A DNA stretch of 64,000 nucleotides from Fibrobacteria bacterium (lineage in GTDB: Bacteria; Fibrobacterota; Chitinivibrionia; Chitinivibrionales; FEN-1185), in NCBI GenBank assembly GCA_037447435.1, contig JBBIGR010000006.1, positions 1-64,000 of the forward strand, written 5' to 3'. The notes beneath the pieces are model-generated. The model saw nothing but the letters and a program-made list of their open reading frames with translations. It was not told the origin of the DNA and ran no database searches. The position numbers and the translations under genes are program-made. Position 1 is the first letter of the stretch. The number at the start of each line of letters is the position of its first letter. Positions 18,440 through 28,565 of this stretch are shown here, in pieces.

Positions 18440-20458
18440 TTAAAAGTTTACCGTTAAATACAATTCGGTCTGGTATTGACGAAAATCCTTATTAGACAAA
18501 TCGGTATCGGCATCATTTTCGTTATGAACCTCTATGACTCCGTACGAGCCCGTCACATACGCTCCGTCCGAGACCTTGTATTCCAATCCTGCGGCGTAAT
18601 GCAATTGCTTTACGGTTGTATTTATGTTATTGTACAAGCCGTCGCCCGTCGTTGCGAGATACTGATAGCCTGCCAACAAGGCCATTTTTTTGATAAACGT
18701 CCACGACAGCCCCGCATTCGCGAAATTAATCGTCGTTGTCCAGGGAGAATTGGCGAAATTGGCAATTCCGTTGTTTGCGGCCTGCGATACGGTGTATCCG
18801 CCCGACAAAACGAACGGGAACGGCCACCATTTTCCAAAAGCGGCTATGTCGACCGATGCACCGCCGCCGAATTCGGAAAACGTCGTTTGCGGAAACAGCC
18901 CGATCTGTTTTGTCAGCGTATCCACCATCGCGGTCTGCCCGTCGAGCTCGTTGAAATATTTGGCACAGACCGATGCGATGATCGCCTTATCGAGAAAATC
19001 CGCGGAAAGGTTTGCGGTACCGCCTTGGCGGTTAGGAGTGGCTGCGCCCAGCGGCATCGCCAAACAAAGGGAATTGTCGCGCGCGACATTCCTGATTTCT
19101 TTTTGCGTCAATATTCCGTTCGTATACGCTATTTTCTGAACCGGTCCCATCATCCATCCCGAACTCGCACCGAAGTTCTGCGCGGTTTGGGAAGGGCTGA
19201 ACTTAAAAACCTGCCGATACAGTCCGTCGAAGGTGGAATACAAAGCGGCCGAGTTCAAATCGTTTTCCGAATTCATGATACGGGTTTTTAAAAAGCTCGG
19301 ACTTTGCGCAAGATCGTTTCTGTAATTACTGTTGTTGCTGACAAATCCCGCATCGTAGTGAAACATGTTCGAAGCCCCGAGTTGCACATATCCTTTCAGA
19401 TTGACGGAAAGCGCCATGCCCTGTACCGTTTGTATAGACCTGGCCGTTTGCACCGGCAAAATTTTCGAAATGGTATCGTAGGCAACGGAATCATCCATGG
19501 ATGCCGCCACTTCTCCGAACAACCCTATGTCGAAGGGCTTGTTCGGAACGATCATTTGAGACCCGACATTGATACGCCCCGCAATAATGCGGGTATTTTG
19601 GGCCATGTCTTCGGCAACGCTGATCGGGCCGCTAAAGCTTTGGGTTGCATCCAAAATGTTAAGGAACGTTCCGCCGATTCCCAACCCATTGAGAACCGAA
19701 ACATTCAAATTTGTTCCATAGGCATATTTGTCCATAACCGAGGTATCGTAATGCGAAACGGATTGCAGGGTATTCAACGTAAAATCAACATTCCGCAATC
19801 GCGCACCCATCACGTTCCAATGTAATTCCTTTACCAAGGGCGAAACTTCGGCGTCGAAATTAAAGTTGATACCCTGTAAGATTCTTTCGTTATCGCCGAG
19901 GAACATTTCCCGCGTTATCGCGCTTCTTTGTTGGGAAAACAGTTCCGGTTCATAGGCGATATCGATGTCGGGCGAATAAAGGGTGAGCGGACTGTATTTC
20001 TGCCTGAAATCGCCGACGGAATAGGAAAAGACGTTCTTGACGGTTCCGTCGACGCTTATCCACCGTACATTGACGGGATCTTTAAAGGAATTCCACATGT
20101 TTCGCCAGTCTTCGTAGAACCGAAACATCAATTTCGCGGTAAGCTCGCTTGCGGGACGGGCGTCTATGTCGAGGTCGCATCCGGTAAATTCGACGCCTTC
20201 TTCCTTGCGAAACGACTTTGCCACTGCCCGGCCTTCGACGGTCGAAAGAAGGAATTGGGAATTAAACTCTCCGCCCAAGCTTATTCCGGCTTTGGAAACG
20301 GCCTTTGAAACGGCCATTTCAAGTTTGTTAAGCTCGGACGCGTCGATCGGCCTGATCCCGTGCTTTTCCTTCGTAGTGTCCTGCATATGGACGCTGTCCT
20401 GAGCTGCCCAGGCAACCACTGCAAATACGAGGGATACGATCATCGTTTTTCTGATCAT
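18440..20458 (-). CDS. putative outer-membrane beta-barrel protein
   Basis: Signal peptide; alternating amphipathic strands; C-terminal YLTVNF (BAM-type signal). Confidence 0.65.
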   Translation of the reverse strand: MIRKTMIVSLVFAVVAWAAQDSVHMQDTTKEKHGIRPIDASELNKLEMAVSKAVSKAGISLGGEFNSQFLLSTVEGRAVAKSFRKEEGVEFTGCDLDIDARPASELTAKLMFRFYEDWRNMWNSFKDPVNVRWISVDGTVKNVFSYSVGDFRQKYSPLTLYSPDIDIAYEPELFSQQRSAITREMFLGDNERILQGINFNFDAEVSPLVKELHWNVMGARLRNVDFTLNTLQSVSHYDTSVMDKYAYGTNLNVSVLNGLGIGGTFLNILDATQSFSGPISVAEDMAQNTRIIAGRINVGSQMIVPNKPFDIGLFGEVAASMDDSVAYDTISKILPVQTARSIQTVQGMALSVNLKGYVQLGASNMFHYDAGFVSNNSNYRNDLAQSPSFLKTRIMNSENDLNSAALYSTFDGLYRQVFKFSPSQTAQNFGASSGWMMGPVQKIAYTNGILTQKEIRNVARDNSLCLAMPLGAATPNRQGGTANLSADFLDKAIIASVCAKYFNELDGQTAMVDTLTKQIGLFPQTTFSEFGGGASVDIAAFGKWWPFPFVLSGGYTVSQAANNGIANFANSPWTTTINFANAGLSWTFIKKMALLAGYQYLATTGDGLYNNINTTVKQLHYAAGLEYKVSDGAYVTGSYGVIEVHNENDADTDLSNKDFRQYQTELYLTVNF

Positions 20459-20521
20459 TGAAAATCCTTTCATATCCAGTTTCTTTTGCAATTTTGTCAT
20501 AGCTGTTCCGTTCGGCTAATA

Positions 20522-23101
20522 TTAAAAAAACATTGTTATTTCAAGTGAGGTCAGATACGATTCATAATCGTTTTGCGTGAAATTCGCATCGGAATGCGTG
20601 AATTTCTTGATTCGAAAATGCAATGCCGTTCTTGTCAACATATCCCAATCGAAACCGATACCGTAGGCGACGTCTTTGTAATTCATGGGAACACGCTTGA
20701 CAAGCGGATTTTCGAGATCTTCGGTTCCGTCATCGGCCACCGCCAGGTTCATCCAGGCTTTATTGGAACGCCAGTTTTCCACGCCCAAAAGAATATCGAG
20801 ATAGAATTTGCTGGTAAGCCCGATAGCGGGTTCAAACCGGTAATATGACGACCAGAGAAGCATTTCGTTGCCGTTTTCATTAAATGTCAAGGCCTTGAAC
20901 GCGTTGGTGACGCTGCTTATCGCCAGGTAACCGGCCAGATAGAATTTATTGGGAAAATGGATGAGCGGCCCGATATCATAGGCTGCATCCAATTCCAGAT
21001 TTCCCGTATATTTCTTGTGCATCGGGACGAAGCCGTTCGCATCGGCGACCAGGGAGGGGTTTGTCACGGTTACGGTATCGCCGTTATCATTTATCACTCG
21101 TCCGAGCGGTCCCGGACCAACTTGACGATAGCGACTTATCACGTTTCTCCGGGATTTGATGTTCAGCAAAAGCTGCACCGGATCGTCGTAGGGAACAAAA
21201 CCTTCGAACATCGACAAATAATCGGCATGAAGCCCGCCTTTTTCAGGGCTTTCCTCGATATGCGAAAAACCGTTTGATCCCGAGGCTCCGGAGTTGGGGT
21301 CGGTCGGATCGTTCGGATCGTTTGGTTTGCCGGTAATACTGACTTGGGGATCAAAACTTTCATCGCCCAGACGCCGATAATATTTTCCCGCCATAGGATA
21401 ATCCACGGTGCCGAACCCGTCCATGTTATACGACGAGGTTATCGTGCTGTTTAAATCCATTCCGTTAAGTCTATAGGGAATAAACAATAAATCACGTGCG
21501 GATTCGGGCTGAAAATGCTGTCCGTATTTAATATCGAAATGCCCGGTTCCCGGTACTTTGGGAGAAATAGTCAATTGAGCGCCGGCCATATTTTGCGAAT
21601 ACGGGGAAGCTTCGGTTTTTGCCGAAAAAGTCCCTTCGCCCACGCAGTTTGTCCCAAAGGCATAAAAAGCGTCCATAGGAGAAATAAAGGAAAACGGCGA
21701 ATAAAAACCCCGTTTTGCATACGCCATATCGGCGGTCACGGTAACGCTCGGAAACGCGTACGACAAATTCGTATATACCGCAGGAGTGAGATCCGAATAG
21801 GTTTGAGCCGTTTTCTTTACTGTCAACGGGGTTTTCTCCATATCGGTTTTGACAGTGTCACCCCACACCCACGTCGTATCTATCCTGCTGAAACCGACAT
21901 CGGCATGCATGTTGAAATGCGTGAAGAGATCACCCTTTAAATCGAGCGAGAAAACCTTCGGTTCCTTATAAAAGCCTTTTCCGCAATCGAGAGGAATCGA
22001 ATCGACCGTTGTCGCGGTCCTCACGACCTTGTATTCATCGGCCCAGAGGGGCTTTCCGCGCGAGTACTGCAGGTTGAACATTGCATTAAAAAACATTGCC
22101 GAAGGATTCTCCGCATAGATGATGTCTTTCGAGCAGTTGATCATGTTATAATTGGCGCCCAAAGTCAGGTCGTTGAATTTTTTCGCCAACCGCGCATGAA
22201 AAATGTGCCTGTACGAATCTCCGTATCCTGTTTCGATGATCGACGGATTTTTTTCCTCGGCAGCATATCCCAAATCCGTTGAAAAATCCATATACTCGCG
22301 CTCGAAGGGATCGTAGTCGGGAAACTTTGCATATAAGAGATTGATGTAAAAATCGTACGGCAGCGTCAGGCTCTCGAGGTTTATTCCGTTAAACGCCTTT
22401 TTATTCCACGCGGCTCGTCCGGTTTTTTCCCCTATTTCCACATTGGATTTGTAATATTCCGAAGAGGGGGCCTCGTCTTCGTATTCGAGATATTCCCAGG
22501 CGAAGGCGCGGGGTTCCGATTTCCATATTGTCAGAGGAGACGCTTCCGTCCAGATAATCGCACCGAGTTTGAGCCATAACGATACATCGCTCGTGGTGTA
22601 CGCTGCACCGGCAGCCATGTCTTCAAAAATCGCCAGCGGATTGTTTTCGGAATAATAATGGCTTTCGGTCGGGGAAAAACTTCCCGTGGAATCCATTCTC
22701 CGCACGCGGTTGCCCGTTAATTTCGACGTAAGCCCCAATTTCGACCACAAAACGAGATTCCTTGACGGCTGCGCAACAAGCCCGAGCCTGATGCCGCCGC
22801 TGGGGATTATACCCATCCGATCGCCGTATGCCAAGAAGTCGGGACATTCGCTGAATAAATGATAGGTACCTTTTATCCTGGCCTCTCCGGTAATCGATAC
22901 CGGCGACGAACCGCCGAACAACAGGGTCGAATACACCTTTTGCTCCAGTAGCGGCAGATTTTTTGCGATACTGTCGAGTCGCTGTTGGTCGGGTATATGG
23001 GATTCGGCGGTCGCCTGAGCGAAAACAGGCGATATGCATACCGCGACAATGTACATGAGGGCTGCTAAGCTCATCTTCTTGTGATGATTTCGTTCTGACA
23101 C
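20522..23101 (-). CDS. putative outer-membrane beta-barrel protein
   Basis: GTG start after GGAGG; signal peptide ..VFAQA; C-terminal strands YGIGFDW..LEITMFF. Confidence 0.65.
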   Translation of the reverse strand: MSERNHHKKMSLAALMYIVAVCISPVFAQATAESHIPDQQRLDSIAKNLPLLEQKVYSTLLFGGSSPVSITGEARIKGTYHLFSECPDFLAYGDRMGIIPSGGIRLGLVAQPSRNLVLWSKLGLTSKLTGNRVRRMDSTGSFSPTESHYYSENNPLAIFEDMAAGAAYTTSDVSLWLKLGAIIWTEASPLTIWKSEPRAFAWEYLEYEDEAPSSEYYKSNVEIGEKTGRAAWNKKAFNGINLESLTLPYDFYINLLYAKFPDYDPFEREYMDFSTDLGYAAEEKNPSIIETGYGDSYRHIFHARLAKKFNDLTLGANYNMINCSKDIIYAENPSAMFFNAMFNLQYSRGKPLWADEYKVVRTATTVDSIPLDCGKGFYKEPKVFSLDLKGDLFTHFNMHADVGFSRIDTTWVWGDTVKTDMEKTPLTVKKTAQTYSDLTPAVYTNLSYAFPSVTVTADMAYAKRGFYSPFSFISPMDAFYAFGTNCVGEGTFSAKTEASPYSQNMAGAQLTISPKVPGTGHFDIKYGQHFQPESARDLLFIPYRLNGMDLNSTITSSYNMDGFGTVDYPMAGKYYRRLGDESFDPQVSITGKPNDPNDPTDPNSGASGSNGFSHIEESPEKGGLHADYLSMFEGFVPYDDPVQLLLNIKSRRNVISRYRQVGPGPLGRVINDNGDTVTVTNPSLVADANGFVPMHKKYTGNLELDAAYDIGPLIHFPNKFYLAGYLAISSVTNAFKALTFNENGNEMLLWSSYYRFEPAIGLTSKFYLDILLGVENWRSNKAWMNLAVADDGTEDLENPLVKRVPMNYKDVAYGIGFDWDMLTRTALHFRIKKFTHSDANFTQNDYESYLTSLEITMFF

Positions 23102-23185
23102 GCTTTCCTCCAAATTTAATAACCGAGTTGGTTTCCGATACATCTGCTGTCGATTATACCGAACGTTGTTTCCGATACGGATTCA

Positions 23186-23974
23186 TTACTCTTTCAACCA
23201 TGCCTTATGCAAAACAGGAATATCTTCAAGCAATTTTTTCGTGTACTCGTGCTGCGGATTGCCGATGATTTCGTCCGGATGACCGGTTTCGACGATCGCA
23301 CCTTTACACATAACAAATACCCGGTCGCTGACGTAATGCGCCAGACCGATGTCGTGCGTGATGAAAATAATGCACATTTTAAGTTCTTTTTTGAGCGACA
23401 GGAGCAAATCGAGAATCGACGCCCGCAAACACGCGTCGATCATCGACGTGGGTTCGTCGGCGATGAGCACTTTGGGACGGATAAGAAAAATACGGGCGAT
23501 GAGCAGCCGTTGCATTTGTCCGCCCGACAGTTCGAACGGGAATTTTTCCTTGACTTCGGCCGGTTCCATTCCGACGGAACGGAGCGCATTGTCGATACGG
23601 ACCTGTTTTTCCTGATCCGTAAACTTTTCCGAGAACAGATTGAAACATGCCAGCAACTGGCTCTCGACGCTGAAAAACTGATTGAACGACGCGTACGGGT
23701 CTTGGAACACGGCCTGCACTTTGCGCCAGTGTTCCTGCTTGTCGGTCACGGGCTTTCCGTTAAACAGCAACGTGCCGCTTGTTATTGCCTGTAAATGCAA
23801 CAGGAGCCGTGCGAGCGTGGTTTTTCCGCTCCCCGATTCTCCCACGATGCTGATTATTTCTTCATTATAAATTTCGAAATCAACGTGATCGACGGCGGTG
23901 AACTTTTTCTTCCCAGAGCCAAAAACACACGTCAGATCGCGGGCCAAAATGATCGCCTCTTTTTGATTGTTCAC
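23186..23974 (-). CDS. Opp/Dpp-type ABC transporter ATPase
   Basis: GESGSGKT, LSGGQMQR, ADEPT, ITHD. Confidence 0.92.
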   Translation of the reverse strand: MNNQKEAIILARDLTCVFGSGKKKFTAVDHVDFEIYNEEIISIVGESGSGKTTLARLLLHLQAITSGTLLFNGKPVTDKQEHWRKVQAVFQDPYASFNQFFSVESQLLACFNLFSEKFTDQEKQVRIDNALRSVGMEPAEVKEKFPFELSGGQMQRLLIARIFLIRPKVLIADEPTSMIDACLRASILDLLLSLKKELKMCIIFITHDIGLAHYVSDRVFVMCKGAIVETGHPDEIIGNPQHEYTKKLLEDIPVLHKAWLKE

Positions 23975-24831
23975 AAACGCGCTCCCTCGGAATGGCGTTC
24001 TCCGGTTGTACTGAGTTTAGTAATCGCTTCCATCAATTGCTTGCTGTATTCGTGTCGCGGCCTGAAAATCACCTGGTCGCTTTCGCCGACTTCCACGAAT
24101 TTCCCTTTGTACATGACCGCGATATCGTCGGCGACATGGTATAAGAGCGGCAACTCGTGGGTGATGAATATCATCGAACCGAAAATTTTTCGTTCCATAA
24201 GATCAAGCAGCATCCGGATTACCGACTTTTGCGTGGAAACGTCGAGCGCCGAGGTCGGTTCGTCGGCGATGACGACATGCGGATTCATGAGTGTGGAAAT
24301 CCCGATGACGACGCGTTGCTTCATACCGCCCGACAATTCTATCGGAAACATATTCAATACGCGGGGGTCGAGCCCGATCGCCTCGAACCGATCTTCCAAC
24401 CGGTCGTAGATTTCCGCTTTCGACAGGTTTTTCTCATGGTTGCGCATGACATCGGTGGCAAAGTGCTTTACTTTGCGCGTCGGGTTCAGGGAATTGAGCG
24501 CGCCCTGCGGTATCATGGAAATTTTCTTGCCGAGAATTTCGACGCGAAGTCTTTCACTGTCGTATTTGGTAATGTCTTCCCCGTCGACGACCACCGAACC
24601 GTACGAGTAAAACAGCGGCGGAATGAACAAGGACATGACGCCATTGACAAGCGTCGATTTTCCGCAGCCGGATTCGCCGGCGATGCCGAACACTTTGCCC
24701 TGGGCAAGTGAAAACGACACACCGTCGACGGCTTGTACCGTTTGGCCGAAACGGGTTTTATAATGAACCCCGAGGTTATCCACGGTTAAAAGGACCTTGG
24801 GCTTCTCTGAGGCGTTTTTTGCGTCTGTCAT
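23971..24831 (-). CDS. Opp/Dpp-type ABC transporter ATPase
   Basis: GESGCGKS, LSGGMKQR, ADEPTSALD. Confidence 0.92.
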   Translation of the reverse strand: MTDAKNASEKPKVLLTVDNLGVHYKTRFGQTVQAVDGVSFSLAQGKVFGIAGESGCGKSTLVNGVMSLFIPPLFYSYGSVVVDGEDITKYDSERLRVEILGKKISMIPQGALNSLNPTRKVKHFATDVMRNHEKNLSKAEIYDRLEDRFEAIGLDPRVLNMFPIELSGGMKQRVVIGISTLMNPHVVIADEPTSALDVSTQKSVIRMLLDLMERKIFGSMIFITHELPLLYHVADDIAVMYKGKFVEVGESDQVIFRPRHEYSKQLMEAITKLSTTGERHSEGARL

Positions 24832-24853
24832 AATTGATTTCAGCTTTCCGTTT

Positions 24854-25693
24854 TCAGCTTTCTTTACGTAAGCGGGGGTTAAAAATGCCTTCCATGGAAG
24901 TATTGACAACATACAATGAGAACTGGAGCGCGGTTATCAAAACCGTCGCAGGCATAAACGCCCACCAGTTGCCGTTCGAAAATGCCTCGGTCTTTTGGGC
25001 CTGATTGATGATTTGCCCCAACGTGACCGAATCGTACGGCCCGAGCCCCATCATGCTGATCGCCGCTTCTTCCAGGATTCCCGTGGCCATTTGAATGATG
25101 AAAACCATAAAAACATAGGACATTATATACGGAAGTATTTGCATAAACAGGATAGAAACGATGCCGTAGCCGTTTAGTTTTGCGAGGCTCACATGTTCGC
25201 GGTTTTTAAGGCTCGATGTTTGCGCGCTTACCGCACGGGCGGTCCAGGGCCATGTTGTCGCTCCGATGATAAAGGCGACAAGGAGCATCGATCTTTTTTC
25301 TATGCTGTTTGCGATGAGAATGAGAACAAGAATGGAAGGAATGACCATAAACAGGTTCGTGATAAGCGTCAGCACATTGTCGACCCAGCCGCCCTTGTAT
25401 CCGCCGACAATGCCGATGACCGTACCGATGATGGTTGCGAAAATTCCCGCGGCAATTCCGACGAACAAAGACGAACGGAGTCCGAACAATAGCGCCGAAA
25501 ACATGTCCTGGCCTTCGCCGTTAGTCCCGAGCCAATGCTCGCGGCTTGGGCCTTCGAACGGCAGCGCGCCGCGTAAAAGCGGGTCGGTATGGGAAAACAT
25601 CGGGTATAAAACGCCGACAAAAATGCAAAACAGAAACATGGCTGCCCCAAAAACAAACCACGGAGACTTACAAAGCAATTTGAATTGTTTCAT
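24854..25693 (-). CDS. ABC transporter permease (OppC-like)
   Basis: HWLGTNGEGQD, multiple TM helices, GNWW. Confidence 0.9.
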   Translation of the reverse strand: MKQFKLLCKSPWFVFGAAMFLFCIFVGVLYPMFSHTDPLLRGALPFEGPSREHWLGTNGEGQDMFSALLFGLRSSLFVGIAAGIFATIIGTVIGIVGGYKGGWVDNVLTLITNLFMVIPSILVLILIANSIEKRSMLLVAFIIGATTWPWTARAVSAQTSSLKNREHVSLAKLNGYGIVSILFMQILPYIMSYVFMVFIIQMATGILEEAAISMMGLGPYDSVTLGQIINQAQKTEAFSNGNWWAFMPATVLITALQFSLYVVNTSMEGIFNPRLRKES

Positions 25694-26730
25694 TCTACCC
25701 TCGATTCATGCGAGATGCGTACGCGGGGATCCAATAGTCCGATAAGAATATCGATAATAAAATTCATTGCCAGCAAACTGACCGTCACGATGAGAATTCC
25801 GGCCTGTATGACCGGATAATCCATTTCGAGAATTGCAGTGTATAATGCCAGCCCGACGCCGGGATACGAAAAGACGATTTCTATGAGTAAAGCGCCGCCG
25901 ATGGCAAAACCGAGCGCCAACGCAAGACCGGTGAGCTGCGGCAGCATTGCGTTGCGGATAACGTACATCACGATGGTACGTTCCTTTATCCCGAGCATTT
26001 TTGCATACTTCACATAATCGGTACCGAGTTCGTAAATAGACATCGATCGCATCCCGATTGCCTGGCCGCCGATAAATACCAGTACCATGGTCATAAACGG
26101 CAATGCGTAATGATACAGGACGCTGAGAAAAAACGTAAGGGAAAAACTCGGCATCAGGTCCATTGCATACCCGCCGCTGGGAGGAAAAATTTCCAAGGTT
26201 ATTCCGAAGACGTAGACAAGCACTATGCCGAGACAAAAATACGGGATCGACATTAAAAATAACGACAAAGGATAAAACGCCTTATCGTATATGCCCCGTT
26301 TATACGCGGCGAGCGCGCCGAGGATATTTCCGAGAATGTATCCCAGGATAATCGACGGAATCTGAAGCCATAACGACCAGGGAAGCGCTGTTTTGAGAAT
26401 GTCCCATACGCTTTTGGGATATTTGGTGAACGATACGCCGAGATCGCCTTTGAGCGTCGTGCTTACGTAAGAGAAAAACTGCTGCAGTATCGTGGTTTTC
26501 TTCCCGTTCTCATCCATCAGGCCGAATTTAACCATGAATTCTTCATACCGTTTTTTATATTCTTTGGAAGTCATTCCCGGCGTATGCACTTTTCTCATGA
26601 TGGTGTCTACGGGGTTCGAATGGCCCAACCGCGGCAGAATGAAATTAAGCGAAATCGCGACCACAAAGGTCACCATATACCATCCGAGCCGTTTTAAGAA
26701 GTACTTTTGAAAACCCGACATTTTGATCAT
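25690..26730 (-). CDS. ABC transporter permease (OppB-like)
   Basis: GDLGVS, RNAMLPQLT, EIVFSYPGVG, LLDPRVR. Confidence 0.9.
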   Translation of the reverse strand: MIKMSGFQKYFLKRLGWYMVTFVVAISLNFILPRLGHSNPVDTIMRKVHTPGMTSKEYKKRYEEFMVKFGLMDENGKKTTILQQFFSYVSTTLKGDLGVSFTKYPKSVWDILKTALPWSLWLQIPSIILGYILGNILGALAAYKRGIYDKAFYPLSLFLMSIPYFCLGIVLVYVFGITLEIFPPSGGYAMDLMPSFSLTFFLSVLYHYALPFMTMVLVFIGGQAIGMRSMSIYELGTDYVKYAKMLGIKERTIVMYVIRNAMLPQLTGLALALGFAIGGALLIEIVFSYPGVGLALYTAILEMDYPVIQAGILIVTVSLLAMNFIIDILIGLLDPRVRISHESRVE

Positions 26731-26737
26731 AGCAAAA

Positions 26738-28522
26738 CTACTTTCCTATTGGATTGATATTCCATAATCCTTTTATCCCGGCTCCGACGATGAGACATTG
26801 CGGCGGAGAATGCGGATTGTCTTCGGTTGGAAAATTGTTCCAGTGTTTTTTTGAAAACTCGTAAAAAAACCAGGGCCTGTACATGAGAGGAACAACAGGC
26901 AGGTCCTGCATGAATTTGATATTGAGACTGCGATAGACTTCCTTGATAGAATTCTCATCTTTCAAGGTAGGCAAAAGCACGATCAGGGAATCGGCGACGG
27001 AGTCCTTGTACCGTTCCACATCGATATACATGACTTCCCCGGGCTTGGCCCATTCGAACGATCCCATGGTTTTATAAAACCGTTCCCAGGGAGTCGCTAT
27101 GCTTTCGTAATCCAATGTTTGGTATAACGTGATATCGAAATTACCATTAAGCAAATCTTTCCACCAAATCGCCTCTTCGACGAATTTTTCGTGGACATCG
27201 ACGCCGATCGAGCGCAAACCCGTAACCAAAATCCTTGCAGCGGATTCCCAATCGGTCCAGCCGTTCGGACAGGTCGCGTATACCGTTTCCAATTTGTTAC
27301 CGTCGGGCCCGACAAGAAGGCTGTCGGTGTCCCATTTGTATCCTGCGGCTTTCAAAATTTCCCGGGCCTTTGCCGGATCATAAGAAACGCCGTAGCGAAC
27401 CGCATCGGAATCGTTGAAATATTTTTTTTCAGGGCCAAACGGTATTATGAGGCCGGGTTTGAGCGGCGGCGCATATCCGTAAATTGACAATTTACGAATT
27501 TGCTCGTAATTTACCGCATGGGCGACGGCTTGCCGGAAATGAACGTCGGAAAACGGTTTTTTCGTGAGTTCCATCAGCATGCAGGCGATAGTACCGGGAA
27601 CAAAATACGGTTTATCTTTGTACCACGTTCCAACGCCCTTTTTAAACCGGTTGTAAATTTGCGGAACAAAGTTGACCGACAAATCCACGTTGCCTTGCGA
27701 TAAAGCGACGTTCCCGGCTTCGTTTGACTTGAAAATAGGGAAAATAATGTATTCGGGCTGAGGTTTTGCTCCCCCATGGAGAACGTTTCCCCAATACGAA
27801 TCGACCCGTTTAACGACGATTTTCTGGTCGGAATAGGTATAGAGCGAATACGGGCCCGACGAAAGCGGCATAGAATCGTTTTTGAACGCGTTGATTTTTT
27901 CAAAAATATCGTCCGGATCGGTCTTGCCCTTTTTTTCCTCTTTTACTTCGGCTATGCAACGCTGTTCCAACGGATAAAAGGCCTTTTTTGGTAAAATCAA
28001 CGCGGAGCCTATGATTTCCTTCATTATCAGCGGATTGAGCTTCTTTTGATTCAAGGTGAATTTCACGCAATGAGGACCTGCGGCTTTGATGTCGTCGAAA
28101 TACTCGCAATCGGAATGAAGGCTTGTGTTGTATTTTTTATGCAATTCGAACGTGTACAGGACATCTTCGGATGTTAGTGGAGACCCGTCGTGCCATGCGG
28201 CATGTTCGTTCAATTGCACGATCAGAGTATCTTTTGAAAAGGAATACGAGGTTCCTAAAATCCCCTCCATTTCGCCGGTCAGCATATTGTAGCCGAACAT
28301 CGGCTCATAGACGAGGAAGACATCCCCGGTCATCGGGCATGTCGGGTCTTCGTTCAACGGATTGAAACTCGTCGGCGGACTCCAGACAAAGCCGGCCATG
28401 ATCAGCGTTTTCTCACGGGGAAAGTCGGTAACGTCGCCCGCTTGCTTCGTGCTTTTACATCCGCCATTCAAGAAGACCGTCGAAAGTATTGCAATCGCTA
28501 CAGCATAGTTTATTTTTTTCAT
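26738..28522 (-). CDS. family-5 solute-binding lipoprotein, probably for (chito)oligosaccharides
   Basis: Lipobox NGGC; PREKTL, SFNP, WHDGSPLTSEDVLYTF, PNGWTDW (oligosaccharide-binding subgroup). Confidence 0.85.
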   Translation of the reverse strand: MKKINYAVAIAILSTVFLNGGCKSTKQAGDVTDFPREKTLIMAGFVWSPPTSFNPLNEDPTCPMTGDVFLVYEPMFGYNMLTGEMEGILGTSYSFSKDTLIVQLNEHAAWHDGSPLTSEDVLYTFELHKKYNTSLHSDCEYFDDIKAAGPHCVKFTLNQKKLNPLIMKEIIGSALILPKKAFYPLEQRCIAEVKEEKKGKTDPDDIFEKINAFKNDSMPLSSGPYSLYTYSDQKIVVKRVDSYWGNVLHGGAKPQPEYIIFPIFKSNEAGNVALSQGNVDLSVNFVPQIYNRFKKGVGTWYKDKPYFVPGTIACMLMELTKKPFSDVHFRQAVAHAVNYEQIRKLSIYGYAPPLKPGLIIPFGPEKKYFNDSDAVRYGVSYDPAKAREILKAAGYKWDTDSLLVGPDGNKLETVYATCPNGWTDWESAARILVTGLRSIGVDVHEKFVEEAIWWKDLLNGNFDITLYQTLDYESIATPWERFYKTMGSFEWAKPGEVMYIDVERYKDSVADSLIVLLPTLKDENSIKEVYRSLNIKFMQDLPVVPLMYRPWFFYEFSKKHWNNFPTEDNPHSPPQCLIVGAGIKGLWNINPIGK

Positions 28523-28565
28523 GTCGATCCTTTATCGGTAATTCAATTGCACGCGCAAATTCGCT

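Noticed and set aside
18476..19291. 271-aa plus-strand ORF and similar Arg-rich alternative-frame ORFs throughout the window
   Set aside because: They overlap real genes on the opposite strand, have no motifs and show atypical composition
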